DNA from: the human T2T-CHM13v2.0 reference genome, Homo sapiens | NCBI RefSeq assembly: GCF_009914755.1 | Contig: NC_060939.1 | DNA: 64,000 nucleotides | Direction: 5' to 3' (one strand) | Shown: positions 1 through 10,723 of the stretch, piece after piece | Numbering within the stretch: position 1 is the stretch's first letter | Layout: every line of letters starts with the position of its first letter | Notes under the pieces: model-generated | What the model was told of the DNA's origin: nothing | Seen by the model: the letters and a program-made list of their open reading frames with translations, nothing else | Databases searched by the model: none | Translations under genes and position numbers: made by a program

Positions 1-129
1 TTCCACATGCTATACAAAGAGTGTCTCAAACCTGCTGTATGAATGGGAATGTTCAACTCTATGAGTTGAATGCAAACATCACAAAGAAGTTTCTGAGAAT
101 GCTGCTGTCTAGATTTTATATGAAGGTTT

Positions 130-146
130 TCCCGCTTCCAACGAAA
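130..146 (-). promoter_or_regulatory. CENP-B box (variant at a non-essential position); representative, recurs in most units
   Basis: TCCCGCTTCCAACGAAA is the reverse complement of NTTCGNNNNANNCGGGN with all 9 core bases intact. Confidence 0.9.
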
Positions 147-467
147 TTTTCAATGCTCTCAAAATATCCTCTTGTAGATTCTACAAAAAGAGTGTTTCCA
201 AACTGCTGTATCAAAACAAAGGTTCATCTCTGTTAGTTGAGGACACACATCACAAATAAGTTTCTGAGAATGCTTCTGTCTAGTTCTTATTTGAAGACAT
301 TTCCTTTCTCACCTTAGGCCTGAAAGCGCTCGAAATACCCACTTCCAGATACTACAGAAACAGTGATTCAAACCTGCTCTATGAAAGGGAATGTTCAACT
401 ATGTGACTTGAATGCAAACATCACAAAGCAGTTTCTGAGAATGCTGCTGTCTACTTTCTATTTGTAA

Positions 468-484
468 TCCCGTTTCCAACGAAA
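468..484 (-). promoter_or_regulatory. CENP-B box (representative)
   Basis: TCCCGTTTCCAACGAAA = reverse complement of TTTCGTTGGAAACGGGA. Confidence 0.95.
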
Positions 485-638
485 TCCTCAGAACTATCGA
501 AATTTCCAATTGCAGATTCCACAGAAACAGGGTTTCAAAGCTGCTCTGTAAAAAGAAAGGTTCAACTCTGTTAGTTGAATACACACGTCACAAACAAGTT
601 TCTGAGAATGCTTCTGTCTAGTTTTTATGGGAAGATAT

Positions 639-655
639 TTCCTTTTTCACCGTAG
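639..655 (-). promoter_or_regulatory. pJalpha-type motif of A-type monomer (representative)
   Basis: TTCCTTTTTCACCGTAG matches the reverse complement of CTAYGGTGRAAAAGGAA, one monomer from the CENP-B boxes at 468 and 810; also at 1473-1489. Confidence 0.75.
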
Positions 656-809
656 GCCTCAAAGCGCTCCAAATGTCCACTTCCACATACTACAAAAAGA
701 GTGTTTCAAACCTGCTCTATGATAGGGAATGTTGAAACCTATGAGTTGAATGCAAGCATTACAAAGAGGTTTCTGAGAATGCTTCTGTCTAGATTTTATA
801 TGTAGATAT

Positions 810-826
810 TCCCGTTTCCAACGAAA
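810..826 (-). promoter_or_regulatory. CENP-B box (first of the adjacent-monomer pair)
   Basis: TCCCGTTTCCAACGAAA. Confidence 0.95.
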
Positions 827-980
827 TCCTCAAAGCTATCCAAATATCAACTTGCAGATTCTACAAAAGGAATGTTTCCAAAATGCTGTATCCAAACAAA
901 GGTTCAACTCTGTGAATTGAGGGCATACATCACAAAGAAGATTCTGAGAATGCTTCTGTCTAGATTTTATATGAAAATAT

Positions 981-997
981 TCCCGTTTCCAACGAAA
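981..997 (-). promoter_or_regulatory. CENP-B box (second of the adjacent-monomer pair)
   Basis: TCCCGTTTCCAACGAAA, 171 bp after the previous box. Confidence 0.95.
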
Positions 998-1322
998 TCC
1001 TCAAAGCTATCCAAATATCCACTTGCAAATGCCACAAAAAGAGTGTTTCCAAACTGCTCTGTGAAAAGGAAGGTTCAACTCTGTTAGTTGAGTACACACA
1101 TCACAAAGAGGTTTCTGAGAATGCTGCTGACTAGTTTTTATTTGAAGATATTTCCCTTTTCACCTTAGGCCTAAGAGTGCTCGAAATGTCCATTTCCACA
1201 TACTCCACAAAGTGTGTTTCAAACGTGCTGTATGAAAGGGAATGTTCAACTCTATGAGTTGAATGCAAACATCACAAAGAAGATTCTGAGAATGCTTTTG
1301 TCTAGATTTTATATGAAGATAT

Positions 1323-1339
1323 TCCCGTGTCCAACGAAA
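1323..1339 (-). promoter_or_regulatory. CENP-B box (variant at a non-essential position)
   Basis: TCCCGTGTCCAACGAAA, core CCCG..T....CGAA intact. Confidence 0.9.
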
Positions 1340-1643
1340 TTTTCAAAGGTCTCCAAATAAAGATTGTTTCCAAACTGCTGTATCAAAACAAAGGTTGAAC
1401 TCTGTGAGTTGAGGACACACATCACAAATAAGTTTCTGAGAATGCTTCTGTCTAGTTTTTATTTGAAGATGTTTCCTTTTTCACCATAGGCCTGAAAGCG
1501 CTCGAAATGTCCACTTCCAGATAGTACAGAAAGAGTGTTTCAAACCTGCTCTATGAACGGGAATGTTCAGCTCTGTGAGTTGAATGCAAACATCACAAAG
1601 CAGGTTCTGAGAATGCTTCCGTCTAGATTTTAAATGAGGATAT

Positions 1644-1660
1644 TCCCGTTTCCAACGAAA
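1644..1660 (-). promoter_or_regulatory. CENP-B box (representative)
   Basis: TCCCGTTTCCAACGAAA; sixth box of the 11-mer (15-mers have 8). Confidence 0.95.
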
Positions 1661-1876
1661 TCCTCGAAGCTATCCAAATATCCACTTGCAGATTCCACAA
1701 AAAGAGTGTTTCAAAACTGCTCTGTCAAAAGATAGGTTCAACTCTGTTAGTTGAGTACACACATGGCAAACAAGATTGCGAGAATGCTTTCGTCTAGTTT
1801 TTTTGGGAAGATATTTCCTTCTTCACCATAGGCCTCAAAGCGCTCCAAATATCCATTTCCACATGCTATACAAAGA

Positions 1877-4800
1877 GTGTCTCAAACCTGCTGTATGAAT
1901 GGGAATGTTCAACTCTATGAGTTGAATGCAAACATCACAAAGAAGTTTCTGAGAATGCTTCTGTCTAGATTTTATATGAAGGTTTTCCCGCTTCCAACGA
2001 AATTTTCAATGCTCTCAAAATATCCTCTTGTAGATTCTACAAAAAGAGTGTTTCCAAACTGCTGTATCAAAACAAAGGTTCATCTCTGTTAGTTGAGGAC
2101 ACACATCACAAATAAGTTTCTGAGAATGCTTCTGTCTAGTTCTTATTTGAAGACATTTCCTTTCTCACCTTAGGCCTGAAAGCGCTCGAAATACCCACTT
2201 CCAGATACTACAGAAACAGTGATTCAAACCTGCTCTATGAAAGGGAATGTTCAACTATGTGACTTGAATGCAAACATCACAAAGCAGTTTCTGAGAATGC
2301 TGCTGTCTACTTTCTATTTGTAATCCCGTTTCCAACGAAATCCTCAGAACTATCGAAATTTCCAATTGCAGATTCCACAGAAACAGGGTTTCAAAGCTGC
2401 TCTGTAAAAAGAAAGGTTCAACTCTGTTAGTTGAATACACACGTCACAAACAAGTTTCTGAGAATGCTTCTGTCTAGTTTTTATGGGAAGATATTTCCTT
2501 TTTCACCGTAGGCCTCAAAGCGCTCCAAATGTCCACTTCCACATACTACAAAAAGAGTGTTTCAAACCTGCTGTATGAAAGGGAATGTTCAACTCTATGA
2601 GTTGAATGCAAACATTACAAAGAAGTTTCTGAGAATGCTTCTGTCTAGATTTTATATGAAGGTTTTCCCGTTTCCAACGAAATTTTCAATGCTCTCAAAA
2701 TATCCACTTGTAGATTCTACAAAAAGAGTGTTTCCAAACTGCTGTGTCAAAAGAAAGGTTCAACTCTGTTAGTTGAGGACACACATCACAAATAAGTTTC
2801 TGAGAATGCTTCTGTCTAGTTCTTATTTGAAGACATTTCCTTTCTCACCTTAGGCCTGAAAACGCTCGAAATATCCACTTCCAGATACGACAGAAACAGT
2901 GATTCAAACCTGCTCTATGAAAGGGAATGTTCAACTAGGTGACTTGAATGCAAACATCACAAAGCAGTTTCTGAGAATGCTGCTGTCTACTTTCTATTTG
3001 TAATCCCGTTTCCAACGAAATCCTCAGAACTATCGAAATTTCCAATTGCAGATTCCACAAAAAGCGTGTTTCAAAGCTGCTCTGTAAAAAGAAAGGTTCA
3101 ACTCTGTTAGTTGAATACACACGTCACAAACAAGTTTCTGAGAATGCTTCTGTCTAGTTTTTATGGGAAGATATTTCCTTTTTCACCGTAGGCCTCAAAG
3201 CGCTCCAAATGTCCACTTCCACATACTACAAAAAGAGTGTTTCAAACCTGCTCTATGATAGGGAATGTTGAAACGTATGAGTTGAATGCAAGCATTACAA
3301 AGAGGTTTCTGAGAATGCTTCTGTCTAGATTTTATATGTAGATATTCCCGTTTCCAACGAAATCCTCAAAGCTATCCAAATATCAACTTGCAGATTCTAC
3401 AAAAGGAATGTTTCCAAAATGCTGTATCCAAACAAAGGTTCAACTCTGTGAATTGAGGGCATACATCACAAAGAAGATTCTGAGAATGCTTCTGTCTAGA
3501 TTTTATATGAAAATATTCCCGTTTCCAACGAAATCCTCAAAGCTATCCAAATATCCACTTGCAAATGCCACAAAAAGAGTGTTTCCAAACTGCTCTGTGA
3601 AAAGGAAGGTTCAACTCTGTTAGTTGAGTACACACATCACAAAGAGGTTTCTGAGAATGCTGCTGACTAGTTTTTATTTGAAGATATTTCCCTTTTCACC
3701 TTAGGCCTAAGAGTGCTCGAAATGTCCATTTCCACATACTCCACAAAGTGTGTTTCAAACGTGCTGTATGAAAGGGAATGTTCAACTCTATGAGTTGAAT
3801 GCAAACATCACAAAGAAGATTCTGAGAATGCTTTTGTCTAGATTTTATATGAAGATATTCCCGTGTCCAACGAAATTTTCAAAGGTCTCCAAATATCCAT
3901 TTGTAGATTCTACAAAAAGAGTGTTTCCAAACTGCTGTATCAAAACAAAGGTTGAACTCTGTGAGTTGAGGACACACATCACAAATAAGTTTCTGAGAAT
4001 GCTTCTGTCTAGTTTTTATTTGAAGATGTTTCCTTTTTCACCATAGGCCTGAAAGCGCTCGAAATGTCCACTTCCAGATAGTACAGAAAGAGTGTTTCAA
4101 ACCTGCTCTATGAACGGGAATGTTCAGCTCTGTGAGTTGAATGCAAACATCACAAAGCAGGTTCTGAGAATGCTTCCGTCTAGATTTTAAATGAGGATAT
4201 TCCCGTTTCCAACGAAATCCTCGAAGCTATCCAAATATCCACTTGCAGATTCCACAAAAAGAGTGTTTCAAAACTGCTCTGTCAAAAGATAGGTTCAACT
4301 CTGTTAGTTGAGTACACACATGGCAAACAAGATTGCGAGAATGCTTTCGTCTAGTTTTTTTGGGAAGATATTTCCTTCTTCACCATAGGCCTCAAAGCGC
4401 TCCAAATATCCATTTCCACATGCTATACAAAGAGTGTCTCAAACCTGCTGTATGAATGGGAATGTTCAACTCTATGAGTTGAATGCAAACATCACAAAGA
4501 AGTTTCTGAGAATGCTGCTGTCTAGATTTTATATGAAGGTTTTCCCGCTTCCAACGAAATTTTCAATGCTCTCAAAATATCCTCTTGTAGATTCTACAAA
4601 AAGAGTGTTTCCAAACTGCTGTATCAAAACAAAGGTTCATCTCTGTTAGTTGAGGACACACATCACAAATAAGTTTCTGAGAATGCTTCTGTCTAGTTCT
4701 TATTTGAAGACATTTCCTTTCTCACCTTAGGCCTGAAAACGCTCGAAATATCCACTTCCAGATACGACAGAAACTGTGATTCAAACCTGCTCTATGAAAG

Positions 4801-6990
4801 GGAATGTTCAACTAGGTGACTTGAATGCAAACATCACAAAGCAGTTTCTGAGAATGCTGCTGTCTACTTTCTATTTGTAATCCCGTTTCCAACGAAATCC
4901 TCAGAACTATCGAAATTTCCAATTGCAGATTCCACAGAAACAGGGTTTCAAAGCTGCTCTGTAAAAAGAAAGGTTCAACTCTGTTAGTTGAATACACACG
5001 TCACAAACAAGTTTCTGAGAATGCTTCTGTCTAGTTTTTATGGGAAGATATTTCCTTTTTCACCGTAGGCCTCAAAGCGCTCCAAATGTCCACTTCCACA
5101 TACTACAAAAAGAGTGTTTCAAACCTGCTGTATGAAAGGGAATGTTCAACTCTATGAGTTGAATGCAAACATTACAAAGAAGTTTCTGAGAATGCTTCTG
5201 TCTAGATTTTATATGAAGGTTTTCCCGTTTCCAACGAAATTTTCAATGCTCTCAAAATATCCACTTGTAGATTCTACAAAAAGAGTGTTTCCAAACTGCT
5301 GTGTCAAAAGAAAGGTTCAACTCTGTTAGTTGAGGACACACATCACAAATAAGTTTCTGAGAATGCTTCTGTCTAGTTCTTATTTGAAGACATTTCCTTT
5401 CTCACCTTAGGCCTGAAAACGCTCGAAATATCCACTTCCAGATACGACAGAAACAGTGATTCAAACCTGCTCTATGAAAGGGAATGTTCAACTAGGTGAC
5501 TTGAATGCAAACATCACAAAGTAGTTTCTGAGAATGCTGCTGTCTACTTTCTATTTGTAATCCCGTTTCCAACGAAATCCTCAGAACTATCGAAATTTCC
5601 AATTGCAGATTCCACAAAAAGCGTGTTTCAAAGCTGCTCTGTAAAAAGAAAGGTTCAACTCTGTTAGTTGAATACACACGTCACAAACAAGTTTCTGAGA
5701 ATGCTTCTGTCTAGTTTTTATGGGAAGATATTTCCTTTTTCACCGTAGGCCTCAAAGCGCTCCAAATGTCCACTTCCACATACTACAAAAAGAGTGTTTC
5801 AAACCTGCTCTATGATAGGGAATGTTGAAACCTATGAGTTGAATGCAAGCATTACAAAGAGGTTTCTGAGAATGCTTCTGTCTAGATTTTATATGTAGAT
5901 ATTCCCGTTTCCAACGAAATCCTCAAAGCTATCCAAATATCAACTTGCAGATTCTACAAAAGGAATGTTTCCAAAATGCTGTATCCAAACAAAGGTTCAA
6001 CTCTGTGAATTGAGGGCATACATCACAAAGAAGATTCTGAGAATGCTTCTGTCTAGATTTTATATGAAAATATTCCCGTTTCCAACGAAATCCTCAAAGC
6101 TATCCAAATATCCACTTGCAAATGCCACAAAAAGAGTGTTTCCAAACTGCTCTGTGAAAAGGAAGGTTCAACTCTGTTAGTTGAGTACACACATCACAAA
6201 GAGGTTTCTGAGAATGCTGCTGACTAGTTTTTATTTGAAGATATTTCCCTTTTCACCTTAGGCCTAAGAGTGCTCGAAATGTCCATTTCCACATACTCCA
6301 CAAAGTGTGTTTCAAACGTGCTGTATGAAAGGGAATGTTCAACTCTATGAGTTGAATGCAAACATCACAAAGAAGATTCTGAGAATGCTTTTGTCTAGAT
6401 TTTATATGAAGATATTCCCGTGTCCAACGAAATTTTCAAAGGTCTCCAAATATCCATTTGTAGATTCTACAAAAAGAGTGTTTCCAAACTGCTGTATCAA
6501 AACAAAGGTTGAACTCTGTGAGTTGAGGACACACATCACAAATAAGTTTCTGAGAATGCTTCTGTCTAGTTTTTATTTGAAGATGTTTCCTTTTTCACCA
6601 TAGGCCTGAAAGCGCTCGAAATGTCCACTTCCAGATAGTACAGAAAGAGTGTTTCAAACCTGCTCTATGAACGGGAATGTTCAGCTCTGTGAGTTGAATG
6701 CAAACATCACAAAGCAGGTTCTGAGAATGCTTCCGTCTAGATTTTAAATGAGGATATTCCCGTTTCCAACGAAATCCTCGAAGCTATCCAAATATCCACT
6801 TGCAGATTCCACAAAAAGAGTGTTTCAAAACTGCTCTGTCAAAAGATAGGTTCAACTCTGTTAGTTGAGTACACACATGGCAAACAAGATTGCGAGAATG
6901 CTTTCGTCTAGTTTTTTTGGGAAGATATTTCCTTCTTCACCATAGGCCTCAAAGCGCTCCAAATATCCATTTCCACATGCTATACAAAGA
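1877..6990 (-). repeat. Two 15-mer HOR units (2557 bp each)
   Basis: Markers at 1877, 4434, 6991; extra 680-bp tetramer starting at 2557 and 5114. Confidence 0.93.
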
Positions 6991-9900
6991 GTGTCTCAAA
7001 CCTGCTGTATGAATGGGAATGTTCAACTCTATGAGTTGAATGCAAACATCACAAAGAAGTTTCTGAGAATGCTGCTGTCTAGATTTTATATGAAGGTTTT
7101 CCCGCTTCCAACGAAATTTTCAATGCTCTCAAAATATCCTCTTGTAGATTCTACAAAAAGAGTGTTTCCAAACTGCTGTATCAAAACAAAGGTTCATCTC
7201 TGTTAGTTGAGGACACACATCACAAATAAGTTTCTGAGAATGCTTCTGTCTAGTTCTTATTTGAAGACATTTCCTTTCTCACCTTAGGCCTGAAAGCGCT
7301 CGAAATACCCACTTCCAGATACTACAGAAACAGTGATTCAAACCTGCTCTATGAAAGGGAATGTTCAACTATGTGACTTGAATGCAAACATCACAAAGCA
7401 GTTTCTGAGAATGCTGCTGTCTACTTTCTATTTGTAATCCCGTTTCCAACGAAATCCTCAGAACTATCGAAATTTCCAATTGCAGATTCCACAGAAACAG
7501 GGTTTCAAAGCTGCTCTGTAAAAAGAAAGGTTCAACTCTGTTAGTTGAATACACACGTCACAAACAAGTTTCTGAGAATGCTTCTGTCTAGTTTTTATGG
7601 GAAGATATTTCCTTTTTCACCGTAGGCCTCAAAGCGCTCCAAATGTCCACTTCCACATACTACAAAAAGAGTGTTTCAAACCTGCTCTATGATAGGGAAT
7701 GTTGAAACCTATGAGTTGAATGCAAGCATTACAAAGAGGTTTCTGAGAATGCTTCTGTCTAGATTTTATATGTAGATATTCCCGTTTCCAACGAAATCCT
7801 CAAAGCTATCCAAATATCAACTTGCAGATTCTACAAAAGGAATGTTTCCAAAATGCTGTATCCAAACAAAGGTTCAACTCTGTGAATTGAGGGCATACAT
7901 CACAAAGAAGATTCTGAGAATGCTTCTGTCTAGATTTTATATGAAAATATTCCCGTTTCCAACGAAATCCTCAAAGCTATCCAAATATCCACTTGCAAAT
8001 GCCACAAAAAGAGTGTTTCCAAACTGCTCTGTGAAAAGGAAGGTTCAACTCTGTTAGTTGAGTACACACATCACAAAGAGGTTTCTGAGAATGCTGCTGA
8101 CTAGTTTTTATTTGAAGATATTTCCCTTTTCACCTTAGGCCTAAGAGTGCTCGAAATGTCCATTTCCACATACTCCACAAAGTGTGTTTCAAACGTGCTG
8201 TATGAAAGGGAATGTTCAACTCTATGAGTTGAATGCAAACATCACAAAGAAGATTCTGAGAATGCTTTTGTCTAGATTTTATATGAAGATATTCCCGTGT
8301 CCAACGAAATTTTCAAAGGTCTCCAAATAAAGATTGTTTCCAAACTGCTGTATCAAAACAAAGGTTGAACTCTGTGAGTTGAGGACACACATCACAAATA
8401 AGTTTCTGAGAATGCTTCTGTCTAGTTTTTATTTGAAGATGTTTCCTTTTTCACCATAGGCCTGAAAGCGCTCGAAATGTCCACTTCCAGATAGTACAGA
8501 AAGAGTGTTTCAAACCTGCTCTATGAACGGGAATGTTCAGCTCTGTGAGTTGAATGCAAACATCACAAAGCAGGTTCTGAGAATGCTTCCGTCTAGATTT
8601 TAAATGAGGATATTCCCGTTTCCAACGAAATCCTCGAAGCTATCCAAATATCCACTTGCAGATTCCACAAAAAGAGTGTTTCAAAACTGCTCTGTCAAAA
8701 GATAGGTTCAACTCTGTTAGTTGAGTACACACATGGCAAACAAGATTGCGAGAATGCTTTCGTCTAGTTTTTTTGGGAAGATATTTCCTTCTTCACCATA
8801 GGCCTCAAAGCGCTCCAAATATCCATTTCCACATGCTATACAAAGAGTGTCTCAAACCTGCTGTATGAATGGGAATGTTCAACTCTATGAGTTGAATGCA
8901 AACATCACAAAGAAGTTTCTGAGAATGCTTCTGTCTAGATTTTATATGAAGGTTTTCCCGCTTCCAACGAAATTTTCAATGCTCTCAAAATATCCTCTTG
9001 TAGATTCTACAAAAAGAGTGTTTCCAAACTGCTGTATCAAAACAAAGGTTCATCTCTGTTAGTTGAGGACACACATCACAAATAAGTTTCTGAGAATGCT
9101 TCTGTCTAGTTCTTATTTGAAGACATTTCCTTTCTCACCTTAGGCCTGAAAGCGCTCGAAATACCCACTTCCAGATACTACAGAAACAGTGATTCAAACC
9201 TGCTCTATGAAAGGGAATGTTCAACTATGTGACTTGAATGCAAACATCACAAAGCAGTTTCTGAGAATGCTGCTGTCTACTTTCTATTTGTAATCCCGTT
9301 TCCAACGAAATCCTCAGAACTATCGAAATTTCCAATTGCAGATTCCACAGAAACAGGGTTTCAAAGCTGCTCTGTAAAAAGAAAGGTTCAACTCTGTTAG
9401 TTGAATACACACGTCACAAACAAGTTTCTGAGAATGCTTCTGTCTAGTTTTTATGGGAAGATATTTCCTTTTTCACGGTAGGCCTCAAAGCGCTCCAAAT
9501 GTCCACTTCCACATACTACAAAAAGAGTGTTTCAAACCTGCTCTATGATAGGGAATGTTGAAACCTATGAGTTGAATGCAAGCATTACAAAGAGGTTTCT
9601 GAGAATGCTTCTGTCTAGATTTTATATGTAGATATTCCCGTTTCCAACGAAATCCTCAAAGCTATCCAAATATCAACTTGCAGATTCTACAAAAGGAATG
9701 TTTCCAAAATGCTGTATCCAAACAAAGGTTCAACTCTGTGAATTGAGGGCATACATCACAAAGAAGATTCTGAGAATGCTTCTGTCTAGATTTTATATGA
9801 AAATATTCCCGTTTCCAACGAAATCCTCAAAGCTATCCAAATATCCACTTGCAAATGCCACAAAAAGAGTGTTTCCAAACTGCTCTGTGAAAAGGAAGGT

Positions 9901-10723
9901 TCAACTCTGTTAGTTGAGTACACACATCACAAAGAGGTTTCTGAGAATGCTGCTGACTAGTTTTTATTTGAAGATATTTCCCTTTTCACCTTAGGCCTAA
10001 GAGTGCTCGAAATGTCCATTTCCACATACTCCACAAAGTGTGTTTCAAACGTGCTGTATGAAAGGGAATGTTCAACTCTATGAGTTGAATGCAAACATCA
10101 CAAAGAAGATTCTGAGAATGCTTTTGTCTAGATTTTATATGAAGATATTCCCGTGTCCAACGAAATTTTCAAAGGTCTCCAAATATCCATTTGTAGATTC
10201 TACAAAAAGAGTGTTTCCAAACTGCTGTATCAAAACAAAGGTTGAACTCTGTGAGTTGAGGACACACATCACAAATAAGTTTCTGAGAATGCTTCTGTCT
10301 AGTTTTTATTTGAAGATGTTTCCTTTTTCACCATAGGCCTGAAAGCGCTCGAAATGTCCACTTCCAGATAGTACAGAAAGAGTGTTTCAAACCTGCTCTA
10401 TGAACGGGAATGTTCAGCTCTGTGAGTTGAATGCAAACATCACAAAGCAGGTTCTGAGAATGCTTCCGTCTAGATTTTAAATGAGGATATTCCCGTTTCC
10501 AACGAAATCCTCGAAGCTATCCAAATATCCACTTGCAGATTCCACAAAAAGAGTGTTTCAAAACTGCTCTGTCAAAAGATAGGTTCAACTCTGTTAGTTG
10601 AGTACACACATGGCAAACAAGATTCCGAGAATGCTTTCGTCTAGTTTTTTTGGGAAGATATTTCCTTCTTCACCATAGGCCTCAAAGCGCTCCAAATATC
10701 CATTTCCACATGCTATACAAAGA
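6991..10723 (-). repeat. 11-mer with 21-bp deletion (1856 bp) followed by intact 11-mer (1877 bp)
   Basis: Markers at 6991, 8847, 10724; deletion junction at 8329. Confidence 0.93.

Larger units (their letters stand above)
21..1876 (-). repeat. 11-mer HOR unit with 21-bp deletion (1856 bp)
   Basis: Marker spacing 21->1877; deletion junction CCAAATA|AAGATTGTTTCC at 1359. Confidence 0.93.

Noticed and set aside
130-1339. Boxes CCCGCTT… and CCCGTGT… as non-functional CENP-B boxes
   Set aside because: The substitutions fall at non-core positions of NTTCGNNNNANNCGGGN; all nine essential bases remain.
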